Positions 9,394-18,199 are shown, numbered from the stretch's first letter. The stretch is 64,000 bases of DNA from Candidatus Moranbacteria bacterium GW2011_GWE2_35_2- (GCA_000990585.1 LBQD01000001.1:141501-205500); one strand, 5' to 3'. The notes: a model not told the origin generated them from the sequence alone. Numbers and translations: made by a program.

Positions 9394-11406
9394 TTAAATA
9401 ATAGAAATTGGATCCCGGTCAATAATCCATCCCGGACCAAGCGATTGAATTGCTTTTTTTATTTTCAAATCCACATCTTTTGTTTTGTATTTTATGATAA
9501 TCTGCTTGCGATGTTTTCCGCGAATATTAGAAAGCATACAATTTTGCGGAGGATATATTCTTGTTCCATCCAAATCTTCACTGACCCATTCCAGTATTTG
9601 AAAAACCCGGTCAGTTTCTTTTTTCGCTTTTTTTTCATTTTGATCTTGAAAAATTAATTTTATCAATTTTCCAAACGGAGGATAATCCAATTCTTTTCTT
9701 TCACCAAGTTCTTTTTCATAGAATTTTCTGAAATCATTTTCTATTGCCGATTTTATAACAAAATTTTCCGGCTGGAAAGTTTGTACGACCACTTCTCCGG
9801 GAAACCGGCTTCCGGGACGCCCGGTTCTTCCCGCAGCTTGTACGATGTGCGCAAACGCATTTTCATTTGTGAATAAATCCGGAAAACTGAGGAGCCCATC
9901 CGCGTCAATAATACCAACAAATCCGACATTTTTCAAATCCCAACCCTTGGTGATCATTTGCGTTCCAATCAAAATATCGATTTTTCCATCAGAAAAATCA
10001 CGCCAAATTTTTTCACGCACTTCTTGGCTCTTCATTGTTTGATTATCCGCAATTTCTATCCTGGCCGAATAGAAATTTTTTCGTAATTCGCGCAATATTT
10101 TTTCCGTCCCGATTCCCACATTTTCAAAAATCATTTCTTTGCAGTTCGGACAAGTCGGAAAATCAGAAGTTTTGTATGAACAATGCAAGCATTTGTAATT
10201 TCCTTTTTTTTGATATATCAGTGCTCGCCGGCACTTGGGGCATTTGAGAACTTCCTTGCATTTTTTGCACACGGAAAACGCACTCATTCCTTGGCGATTG
10301 ACAAATAAAATTGTTTGCAATTTATTTTTCAGCGCGTACTCGATTTCTCCTCTCAATTTCCGAGAGAGGGGAGACTTGTTTCTTACCCAGCGCTCTTTTT
10401 TCATATCGACAACTTCAATATGCGTTGCGTTGTTTCCAATATTCAAATGGGAAAATTTGATCAATTTATACTTCTCGCTTTCGGTGAGATAATAATTTTC
10501 GACACGGGGAGTGGCGGAGCTGAGCAATAAATGCGCACGGAAAAAATCTGTCAGTTTTTCGGCAATCTTTTGCGATTCATATCTTGGAGACGCATCCCAT
10601 TGCTTGAAAGATACATCATGATCCTCATCGATAACTATGAGTTTTAATTTTTTAAAAGGAGCAAAAAGTGCTTGGCGCGTGCCAATGATTACACGAATTT
10701 TTCCTGATTTGATTGCCTGCCAATTGGAATAAAATTGACCTTTTGGAATTTTACTGTGCAGAATGGCAATTTCATTTTCATCAAAATGCGCAAAAATTCT
10801 TTCCGCGATGGGGGATATCTGAGTGAGCTCCGGGACAATAATAAGAAATTGAGTGTCGGGGTCTAGCTGGCTCAGTTTTGCAATCACCTGAATGCACGCC
10901 TCGGTTTTCCCGGAAGATGACGGACCGAAAAGCAATGCCTGACATTTCACAACTTTCAATTTACAATTTTTGTGGTAGATTTTATTAATGAAAGAATTTT
11001 GTGCTTTGGTAAAAACTATGTTTTTTATTTCCGGCTTCGGTATTGAAAATTTTTTTCGCGTTGCGCGCGCTTTGACGCGATCAGGAACAAACATTTTCAA
11101 AACGATTCCCAGTGAAGTGAAATAATATTCAGAAATAAATTTTGCCAGTGCAATTTGTTTCTCGGTTAAAAAACTTTCTTCCAAAATTTTTTCAATTTTT
11201 TTCATTCGATAATTTCCGCTTCGAGTAAAATCATTCTTGCTGTCCAAAACGATTCCATTGATTTTTCTTTTCCCTAAAGATACTTCCACCAGCGATCCGC
11301 TCGGAATTGTTGTATTGGAAAGATAATAAAAAAATTGCTCCCGGGAAAGGGGAATTTTTGTGAGAGGCACAACGCTTACCAAATACTTTTCTTTAATTTC
11401 AGCCAT
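9394..11406 (-). CDS. priA: Primosomal protein N' (replication-restart helicase)
   Basis: Walker A GPSSSGKT, IDEDH, SATP, four CxxC pairs, GTQMITKG, QAAGRTGR. Confidence 0.95.
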   Translation of the reverse strand: MAEIKEKYLVSVVPLTKIPLSREQFFYYLSNTTIPSGSLVEVSLGKRKINGIVLDSKNDFTRSGNYRMKKIEKILEESFLTEKQIALAKFISEYYFTSLGIVLKMFVPDRVKARATRKKFSIPKPEIKNIVFTKAQNSFINKIYHKNCKLKVVKCQALLFGPSSSGKTEACIQVIAKLSQLDPDTQFLIIVPELTQISPIAERIFAHFDENEIAILHSKIPKGQFYSNWQAIKSGKIRVIIGTRQALFAPFKKLKLIVIDEDHDVSFKQWDASPRYESQKIAEKLTDFFRAHLLLSSATPRVENYYLTESEKYKLIKFSHLNIGNNATHIEVVDMKKERWVRNKSPLSRKLRGEIEYALKNKLQTILFVNRQGMSAFSVCKKCKEVLKCPKCRRALIYQKKGNYKCLHCSYKTSDFPTCPNCKEMIFENVGIGTEKILRELRKNFYSARIEIADNQTMKSQEVREKIWRDFSDGKIDILIGTQMITKGWDLKNVGFVGIIDADGLLSFPDLFTNENAFAHIVQAAGRTGRPGSRFPGEVVVQTFQPENFVIKSAIENDFRKFYEKELGERKELDYPPFGKLIKLIFQDQNEKKAKKETDRVFQILEWVSEDLDGTRIYPPQNCMLSNIRGKHRKQIIIKYKTKDVDLKIKKAIQSLGPGWIIDRDPISII

Positions 11407-11435
11407 AACTCAATTGTATCAGTTTGCCCTTATTA

Positions 11436-11464
11436 TTGACAAGGATTTTAATAACTGCTAGTCT
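11436..11464 (+). promoter_or_regulatory. Sigma70-type promoter for the tRNA pair
   Basis: TTGACA-17 nt-TAGTCT with TG extended -10. Confidence 0.75.
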
Positions 11465-11498
11465 TTATGTACATTAATCAGTTCTTCTTAAGTTGAGC

Positions 11499-11589
11499 GC
11501 CCAGGTGATGGAATTGGTAAACATAACTAGCTCTTTGGGCTAGTGGGCAGGTAATGCCCCTGTAAGTTCGAATCTTGCCTTGGGCGCCA
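11499..11589 (+). tRNA. Atypical class II tRNA (Leu/Ser-like body, anticodon loop UCUUUGG)
   Basis: Acceptor GCCCAGG/CTTGGGC, D-arm ATGG-AATTGGTAA-ACAT, stem ACTAGC/GCTAGT, V-arm GGGCA/TGCCC, T-loop TTCGAAT, G73, encoded CCA. Confidence 0.85.
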
Positions 11590-11593
11590 GTGA

Positions 11594-11671
11594 ACAGGAA
11601 TAACTCAGCCGGGTTAGAGTGCAACCTTAGCAAGGTTGAAGTCGCGGGTTCAAATCCCGCTTCCTGTTCCA
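11594..11671 (+). tRNA. Atypical tRNA with AGC anticodon on a tRNA-Gly-like body
   Basis: Acceptor ACAGGAA/TTCCTGT, CAACC-TTAGCAA-GGTTG, GCGGG-TTCAAAT-CCCGC, U73, encoded CCA; no G3:U70. Confidence 0.88.
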
Positions 11672-11682
11672 TCGCTATTCCC

Positions 11683-11718
11683 AAAGTCGAAACAAAAGCA
11701 TCTGTTTTCGGCTTTTTT
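11683..11718 (+). terminator. Intrinsic terminator after the tRNA pair
   Basis: AAAGTCGAAACA...TGTTTTCGGCTTT followed by a T run. Confidence 0.65.
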
Positions 11719-11784
11719 ATTTCTTGAAAAAATTTGGATTAAATGCTAGTATGCTTGGATATTAATATGTTAAAATGAATTTAT

Positions 11785-12330
11785 ATGCAACGAAGAATTT
11801 TTGTGGGCATTAATTTGCCTTCTCAAGTAAAAAAACGCTTGGCGGAAAAAATCAAGAAATGGAATGATTTGCCAATTAAATGGATTAAGGAAGATAATTT
11901 TCATATCACACTTTCTTTTTTGGGTTATCTGGAAGATGAAGATTTGAGTCGAATTTGCACGAGTGTGCGAGAAGCGACTGAAAATATCGAATCTTTTGAT
12001 ATTGAACTTAATAAAATTGAGCTCGGTCCGACTAAAGGAAAAGATGCCCGGCTTGTTTGGTTTTCCGGCAAAGCAAGCGAGGAGCTGAAAAAACTTCAGG
12101 AGGAAATTGAAAAATCTTTCGGATCATTCAATATTGATAAGAAAGAATTTCATCCGCACGTAACACTTGGAAGAATCCGCAAAAACAAATGGCAAATTCT
12201 GGATTCTTTTCCTGAAGTTGAAGAAAATTTCAGAATATCTTTGCCTGTTGACAGTGTGAGTATTTTTGACAGCCGATCAGAAGAAACCGCAGGGGAATTC
12301 ATCGAGATTGAATCTTGTCCGTTGAAATAA
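11785..12330 (+). CDS. thpR: RNA 2',3'-cyclic phosphodiesterase (2H family)
   Basis: RIFVGI start; two HxT motifs (HITLSFLG, HPHVTLGR). Confidence 0.92.
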   Translation: MQRRIFVGINLPSQVKKRLAEKIKKWNDLPIKWIKEDNFHITLSFLGYLEDEDLSRICTSVREATENIESFDIELNKIELGPTKGKDARLVWFSGKASEELKKLQEEIEKSFGSFNIDKKEFHPHVTLGRIRKNKWQILDSFPEVEENFRISLPVDSVSIFDSRSEETAGEFIEIESCPLK

Positions 12331-12339
12331 TTTTTTCTT

Positions 12340-13068
12340 ATGGAAATTTTGGGCATTAAAATTGATAATTTTAGTCGAGAGGAGATTTTGAAAAAAGTCG
12401 AAGATTTTCTAAATGAAGAAAAATTCCACCAAATCGCAACAATCAATCCGGAATTTGTTTTAGAGGCACAGAAAAATAAAAAATTTCGAAATATTTTAAC
12501 CAATTGTGATTTGCGCGTGGCGGATGGAGTGGGAATATTTTTTGCATTCCTCCGATTTGGCAAATGGCTCAAATGTCGCTTGACGGGAGTTGAGTTAATG
12601 GAGGATATTTTGCAAATTGCTGAAAGAAAAAATTTGAATATTTTCTTGGCATCTTGGACAGGAAGTCTGAGTTCATGGAAGGAAACTCGCGATGCTATCC
12701 TGAAAAAATATCCGAAATTAAAAATCGACGGGGATAATATTGATTGTAAAAATACGTTTTACGTCTTACGTCTTACGTCTGATATTATTTTTTGCAATTT
12801 TGGAGCGCCAAATCAAGAAATATTCCTAGACTCGCTAAAACATCAAAATAATGCTAAAATAAGGCTGGCAATGGGAGTGGGCGGTAGTTTTGATTATCTG
12901 ACTAAGAAAACGCCCAGAGCGCCCAAATTCGCGCAAATTTTGGGTCTAGAATGGCTTTGGAGATTGATATTAGAACCAAAATATCGTTTTAAGCGCGTTT
13001 TAAGCGCAGTACTAGTTTTTCCAATTAAAATATTATTGGATCATAAAAAAATAATAATTAATAAATGA
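12340..13068 (+). CDS. WecB/TagA/CpsF glycosyltransferase
   Basis: TINPE, ADGVG, GAPNQE, GVGGSFD, RAP, GLEWLWRL. Confidence 0.93.
   Translation: MEILGIKIDNFSREEILKKVEDFLNEEKFHQIATINPEFVLEAQKNKKFRNILTNCDLRVADGVGIFFAFLRFGKWLKCRLTGVELMEDILQIAERKNLNIFLASWTGSLSSWKETRDAILKKYPKLKIDGDNIDCKNTFYVLRLTSDIIFCNFGAPNQEIFLDSLKHQNNAKIRLAMGVGGSFDYLTKKTPRAPKFAQILGLEWLWRLILEPKYRFKRVLSAVLVFPIKILLDHKKIIINK
12753..12780 (+). repeat. TACGTCT x4 heptamer repeat, in-frame in the TagA-like gene
   Basis: TACGTTT TACGTCT TACGTCT TACGTCT. Confidence 0.85.
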
Positions 13069-13126
13069 TTTCTGGGTTCCCTTCACTAGTAGGTGGATTT
13101 ACGGGGATAACAGAATAATAAAAAAT

Positions 13127-13534
13127 ATGACGGACAAAGCAAAATTAATTCGTACGATTTATTTGTACTTGGCATCGCTTATCAGCCTGCTTTTTGTTGC
13201 TATTGGCGCCGGAAGAATTTTGAATACTGCTTTGAAATATTATGTTTTTCCGAAAGCGGAAAAAGGCGGATATAGTCAATGTGATGTTCAACCTCCGATA
13301 TATGCATTGGACAAAAGCAATTTGGAAAGAGTGGCGACTGATGACCAAAAAATTCAATTGGAAAATCTTTTGCGAGATTATGAACAATGGAAAAAAGGAA
13401 ATTCCGGAGATGAATGCTATTCGCAGGAACGTCAAAAAAATGTGGTTGACGCGCTTACGATGTTGATTGTGGCATTGCCGATTTTCGGATATCATTGGAA
13501 TGTGATTAAGAAAGAAAAAAAGAAAGAGGAATAA
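13127..13534 (+). CDS. Two-TM membrane protein (DUF5671-like)
   Basis: IRTIYLYLASLISL...VALPIFGYHW pattern; periplasmic Cys pair. Confidence 0.65.
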   Translation: MTDKAKLIRTIYLYLASLISLLFVAIGAGRILNTALKYYVFPKAEKGGYSQCDVQPPIYALDKSNLERVATDDQKIQLENLLRDYEQWKKGNSGDECYSQERQKNVVDALTMLIVALPIFGYHWNVIKKEKKKEE

Positions 13535-13538
13535 TTCT

Positions 13539-15056
13539 ATGACAGAAAAAAAAGAAATTCGAACCAGATTTGCTCCGTCGCCGACGGGAGAATTGCATAT
13601 CGGAGCATTGCGAACAGCTCTTTCGGATTTTTTGTATGCAAAAAAAAATAACGGCAAATTCATTTTACGAATAGAAGATACTGATCAAAACAGGCTTGTT
13701 GAAGGTGCGGTTGAGAGATTTCTGAAAATGCTTCAATGGGCGGGCGTTGTTCCGGATGAAGGAGTTGTCCTGGATGAGGACGGAAAAGTGTCGCAGGATG
13801 GAGAATGCGGGCCATATATTCAATCCGAGAGATTGGATATTTACAAAAAATACGTCCAAAAATTAATCGACGAGGGAAAAGCGTATTATTGTTTTTGCAC
13901 CGCAGAAAGACTTGATGAGATGAGGAAAAATCAACAAGTCAGAAAAGAAGCTCCGAAATATGACAGAAAATGTTTGAATTTATCCAAAGAGGAAGTTGAA
14001 GAAAAATTAAAAAACGGAGAAAAATGCGTTGTCCGATTCAAAATTCCGGAAGGAAAAACAGTTTTTGAGGATTTGGTTTATGGAAAAATAGAAGTTGAAA
14101 ACTCCACAGTGGATGATCAAATAGTTTTGAAGTCGGATGGATTTCCCACTTATCATTTGGCGGTAGTAGTGGACGATTATTTAATGAAAATAAGCCATGT
14201 TTTTCGCGGAGCGGAATGGATTTCCAGCACTCCCAAACACATTCTTCTCTACAAAGCCTTTGGATGGGAAAAAGCTATGCCGGAATTCGCCCATATGCCG
14301 AACATCTTGGGAAAAGATGGAAAGAAAAAATTGTCCAAAAGAGAGGGAAGTGTGAGCGTGCAGGATTTCAAAAATCAAGGATATCCGCCACAGGCCATTG
14401 TCAATTTTATTGCTCTGCTTGGTTGGAATCCAAAAACAGAACAAGAGATTTTCACAATGGACGAGCTTATTTCTCAATATGACATTAGAAAAGTAAACAA
14501 ATCCGGTGCGGTTTTTGACATTAAAAGACTTAATTGGATCAGTGCTCAGCACATCAGGAAAATGAGTATTGATGAGATTTATAATCAAGCGTTGCCTTTT
14601 TTGAAAGAAAAAGAATTTTATAAATCATGGAACACAGACCGCGAAACATGGAGCGACAAAGAGAAAGAAGAATATATCAAAAAAATAATTTCAGTGGAAA
14701 AAGACCGCTTGGAAAAATTTGACCAAATAGGGGAGAGCAATCAATTTTTCTTTTCTGATCCGAAAAATATTTCATCAGATGATTTGCGTTGGAAAGACTC
14801 TTCTGATGAGGATATGAAAAACAATTTGCAAAAAGCGAAAAAAGTTTTGGAAAGCATTTCAGAAAGCGATTGGGAGTTGAAAAATATCGAAGAAAAATTA
14901 TTGCAAGCGGCAGGGGACAAGCGGGGAGATTTGCTTTTTCCTTTGCGAGCGGCGCTCACCGGGGAGAAAAAATCCCCCTCGCCGTTTGAAGTGGCATGGG
15001 CGCTGGGAAAAAAAGAATCCATCAAAAGAATAGAGTCAGTAAATAGTGCTATCTAG
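13539..15056 (+). CDS. gltX: Glutamate--tRNA ligase
   Basis: RTRFAPSPTG.LHIG, LRIEDTD, YYCFC, KLSKR. Confidence 0.97.
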   Translation: MTEKKEIRTRFAPSPTGELHIGALRTALSDFLYAKKNNGKFILRIEDTDQNRLVEGAVERFLKMLQWAGVVPDEGVVLDEDGKVSQDGECGPYIQSERLDIYKKYVQKLIDEGKAYYCFCTAERLDEMRKNQQVRKEAPKYDRKCLNLSKEEVEEKLKNGEKCVVRFKIPEGKTVFEDLVYGKIEVENSTVDDQIVLKSDGFPTYHLAVVVDDYLMKISHVFRGAEWISSTPKHILLYKAFGWEKAMPEFAHMPNILGKDGKKKLSKREGSVSVQDFKNQGYPPQAIVNFIALLGWNPKTEQEIFTMDELISQYDIRKVNKSGAVFDIKRLNWISAQHIRKMSIDEIYNQALPFLKEKEFYKSWNTDRETWSDKEKEEYIKKIISVEKDRLEKFDQIGESNQFFFSDPKNISSDDLRWKDSSDEDMKNNLQKAKKVLESISESDWELKNIEEKLLQAAGDKRGDLLFPLRAALTGEKKSPSPFEVAWALGKKESIKRIESVNSAI

Positions 15057-15080
15057 CGAATGTGCTATAATTAGGAGGGT

Positions 15081-16295
15081 ATGAATATAAAAATAAAAAG
15101 ATTGCGAGTTACGGCAAGCGCTTTTTTTGGAGTGTTGGTTTTTTTGTTTTCGTGTTCGTTTTTTTTCAATATTAAATTCGGATCAGCTGAAGAAATTTGT
15201 TCTTCAGTAGAAGAATGCGACAAAAAGAAAAAAGCTTATGAAAAAATTATTGAGCTTAAACAGGCACAGCAAGCTACTCTTGGAGGACAAATTAATGGAA
15301 TTGTTTCAGAAATCCAAAACGTTGAAAACAATATCGTAGAAAAAGAAAAAAGTCTTGAAGAAATAAACAACAATATCGAAGAATTGATTCGGAAAATCAG
15401 CCAGCAAGAAGAATCAATAAAACTTCAAAAGAAAATGCTTGGCGGATTGCTTCGAGCTTATTATGACTATGATCAACGCAATGTTATTTCTTTGGTTTTA
15501 AACGGAAAAGGATTTTCTGCCGCAAGTAAGAATCAAGATTATTTGACCCAAGCCAGCGGAAAAGTAAAAGAGATTTTATCAAATATCAAATCGCTGAAAA
15601 ATTCTACCGAAGAAGATAAAAAAAAATTAGAAGGGAGTAGGGAAGATATAGTTTCTATTAAAAATGAACTTGAAGAAAAAAATTCATATCTTGAAAGCGC
15701 GAAAGCGCAGAAAAGAAATTTGCTCGCGCAAGTGCAAGGAGATGAGCAAAAATACAGAGAACTTCTTGATATAATTGAAAATGAAATATATGAATTGGAA
15801 GCCGGAAAGATTGCTGATTTAGACAAACTTCCTCCGGCAAAAGGCGGGTACTTCGATTATCCGGTCGGCAGTGTGCGCATTACGCAAGGCTACGGAATGA
15901 CATCATTCGCAAAAGCTGGAGCCTATGGAGGAAAACCGCATAATGGAGTTGATTTCGGGATTAGTTACGCGCCCATATACGCAGCCGGAAACGGAAAAGT
16001 TATCAGCTCCGGCAATAATGGAAAATATGCTTATGGAAATTGGATTGCAATTGATCATGGTGATGGATTGGTCACCTTATATGGTCATTTGAGCAAGAAA
16101 TCCGCTTCCAAGGGGGATAAGGTGAAGAAAGGGGAGAAAATAGGTATTAGTGGAAATACGGGATATTCCACCGGACCACATCTTCATTTCTCCGTCTTTG
16201 ATAAGGATAGCTTTGGAGTTGTTGAATCGAAATATGTCGACGGACTTTATATCCCAACCGGCGCATCAGTAAATCCAATGAGATACCTTGACTAG
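15081..16295 (+). CDS. Coiled-coil M23 family peptidoglycan endopeptidase
   Basis: Signal/TM, long coiled coil, HNGVD, YGHL, STGPHLH. Confidence 0.92.
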   Translation: MNIKIKRLRVTASAFFGVLVFLFSCSFFFNIKFGSAEEICSSVEECDKKKKAYEKIIELKQAQQATLGGQINGIVSEIQNVENNIVEKEKSLEEINNNIEELIRKISQQEESIKLQKKMLGGLLRAYYDYDQRNVISLVLNGKGFSAASKNQDYLTQASGKVKEILSNIKSLKNSTEEDKKKLEGSREDIVSIKNELEEKNSYLESAKAQKRNLLAQVQGDEQKYRELLDIIENEIYELEAGKIADLDKLPPAKGGYFDYPVGSVRITQGYGMTSFAKAGAYGGKPHNGVDFGISYAPIYAAGNGKVISSGNNGKYAYGNWIAIDHGDGLVTLYGHLSKKSASKGDKVKKGEKIGISGNTGYSTGPHLHFSVFDKDSFGVVESKYVDGLYIPTGASVNPMRYLD

Positions 16296-16440
16296 TTTTC
16301 ATTACATCCCTTTTTATTCTTCGTGTATTCAAAATTTCTTTTTAATAAAAAATATCGCAAATGAGTTGTGCGACATTGTGTGTAGGGTATATCTACCCTA
16401 TCGAGAAGAGTGGAGAAACAAACAATAGAGAATAATAAAA

Positions 16441-17076
16441 ATGAAAAATAATAAAATTTGGACACTTGAAAAAGTAAAAGAAGGTTTTGAAAAGTTTTAT
16501 AGTACCTATAATAGATATCCTACTGCATATGATATTGATGATTTTAATTTCCTGCCATCGTCAAGACAAATCCAAAGAAGCTTTGGCGGTTTAGTTAAGC
16601 TAAGAAAAATACTAGAATTAAAAATTGAAAATTATGGAAACGGGAAATCCAGATCTCGGCTAGCACATAATTCAAATATACTGGGTAAAAAATGCGAACG
16701 CATAGTATTGGAGTTATTAAAAAATAAATTCGATGAGAAATTTGTACATATAGAAAAACCAGTAGAAGGGGATTATAAAAATCGCTTTGACTTTTATGTA
16801 TATGCTAAACCTAAAAATTTTGCAATTGATGTTTTTGGAAGTGATGATACTAGGAATCTTGTGAATAATTTCAATATAAAAGAGAAAAAATATTTAAAAT
16901 CAAATAACGAAAAGGAATCTTTGTATTTTATTTATATTGGAGACAAAATAAATGAAAGTAAATTGGCTATTTGGTATCAAAAAAAGAAATCTAAAATACC
17001 AAAAAATTGGAAGATTATAAGTCTTAAAGAATTAAAAAAGGAAATGAATAGGTATGAGGCTTATCGCGCTATATAG
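16441..17076 (+). CDS. Putative endonuclease: N-terminal helical DNA-binding repeat plus PD-(D/E)xK-like domain
   Basis: WT.E...GF..F.....YPT...ID....LPS.RQI.R.FGG resembles homing-endonuclease-associated repeats; E...RFDFYV...AIDV; very AT-rich. Confidence 0.55.
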   Translation: MKNNKIWTLEKVKEGFEKFYSTYNRYPTAYDIDDFNFLPSSRQIQRSFGGLVKLRKILELKIENYGNGKSRSRLAHNSNILGKKCERIVLELLKNKFDEKFVHIEKPVEGDYKNRFDFYVYAKPKNFAIDVFGSDDTRNLVNNFNIKEKKYLKSNNEKESLYFIYIGDKINESKLAIWYQKKKSKIPKNWKIISLKELKKEMNRYEAYRAI

Positions 17077-17082
17077 TATCAA

Positions 17083-17110
17083 ACTTCGTGAAATCTACAT
17101 TGTGCGACGT
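17083..17110. other. Candidate dif-like Xer recombination site
   Basis: 11-6-11 layout ACTTCGTGAAA TCTACA TTGTGCGACGT; right arm repeated at 16366; lies where gene orientation converges. Confidence 0.4.
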
Positions 17111-17379
17111 TGTTAATTTAGCGCAAAAGCGTACTCTCTACTCTTTTTAAATAAAAAATTAAAAGAAATTATTTTTACAATTTGTTTTTGAGATATATTA
17201 TTTATTCTTTTTTTATAAAAAGTTTTCTGTAAAATAAATCAACCGCTATCTCATCTTAATTATTTTACTAATAGAAAAAATTATCTATATAAAATAAAAA
17301 TAAAAAAAGGCTCCCCTTTTCGGAATATTTCTATTCCTATTTCAGAGAACCCAAGTAAAACTATCTTTTTTGCTGTTTT

Positions 17380-17646
17380 TTATGTGGGGATTATACTAAC
17401 CACTCCACTGCAACAGGCTGAACTTGTATTTAATACGTACTGTTTACCGTTAAGAGAGCATAAACCCTCTTTTTTTGATTTACAGCATAAACACAAGTGT
17501 CGTCCGCGTGTTGCCATGAAGGCATGTGAGCATTCGGCACTGAAGGTAGTGCCTTGAATTTTGCCATAGATAACTCCCTTTTTTAAACAGGAGGGGTTAT
17601 CTTCCTGAATAATTTGAGCGACACAATATAATTGTTCTCTGCTCAC
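17380..17646 (-). CDS. Small cysteine-rich hypothetical protein
   Basis: 88 aa, 9 Cys; AAGGAG SD before GTG; higher GC than flanks. Confidence 0.5.
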   Translation of the reverse strand: MSREQLYCVAQIIQEDNPSCLKKGVIYGKIQGTTFSAECSHAFMATRGRHLCLCCKSKKEGLCSLNGKQYVLNTSSACCSGVVSIIPT

Positions 17647-17728
17647 TTTCTTCTCCTTTTCTTTTTTTAATAAGAAAACAACGCACCAAAAAGAACCACC
17701 TCCACCATACCCTATTTAACCAAAAAAG

Positions 17729-18115
17729 TCAAGCTTTACAGGATTGGTATTTTTTGATGGCTTTTTGCAGGGCTGTGGCGGCAAGATTGCTGCAATGAAA
17801 TTTTGGCGCTGGAAGTCCCCCCAGTTCGTCGGCTACCATTTGATTGGTAATCGCGAGGGCCTCTTTCAAGGTCTTACCCTTGGCCATTTCTGTGGCCATA
17901 GACGATGTGGCAATCGCTGCTCCACAACCCAAAGTTTCAAATCCAATATTTTCAATTATTTCCTCTCCCCCTTTGTTTTTTCCAACCTTAATATAAATCC
18001 GCATAATGTCTCCACATTTCGGATTGCCAACAGTCGCCACCGCATCAGCATCCTTGAGTGGTCCCTGATTGCGCGGCTTGGCAAAATATTTCAAAACTTT
18101 TTTTGAATAATTCAT
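17729..18115 (-). CDS. iscU: Fe-S cluster scaffold IscU/NifU-N
   Basis: GNPKCGD, GCGAAIA, LPAPKFHCS. Confidence 0.95.
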   Translation of the reverse strand: MNYSKKVLKYFAKPRNQGPLKDADAVATVGNPKCGDIMRIYIKVGKNKGGEEIIENIGFETLGCGAAIATSSMATEMAKGKTLKEALAITNQMVADELGGLPAPKFHCSNLAATALQKAIKKYQSCKA

Positions 18116-18120
18116 TTTAA

Positions 18121-18163
18121 AATTTTTAATTTCTAATTTCTAATTTTTAAACAATTTTCAAAT
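18121..18163 (+). repeat. AATTTCT heptamer element, intergenic copy
   Basis: AATTTTT AATTTCT AATTTCT AATTTTT AAAC AATTTTC; matches the copy at 955. Confidence 0.8.
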
Positions 18164-18199
18164 ATAAAAAATTAAAAACAAGAAATCTTTATAAAATAT

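Noticed and set aside
11499-11589. tRNA-Sec or tRNA-Pyl
   Set aside because: Anticodon is not UCA or CUA, acceptor/T stems are 7/5, and there are no sel or pyl genes in the window.
11478-11684. 68-aa ORF on the minus strand
   Set aside because: Antisense translation of the two tRNA genes (AGFEPAT is the usual antisense T-arm peptide).
13060-13110. Short GC-richer spacer ending GGATTTACGGGG between tagA-like and DUF5671-like genes
   Set aside because: Possibly a repeat remnant, but there is no second copy or convincing stem in the window.
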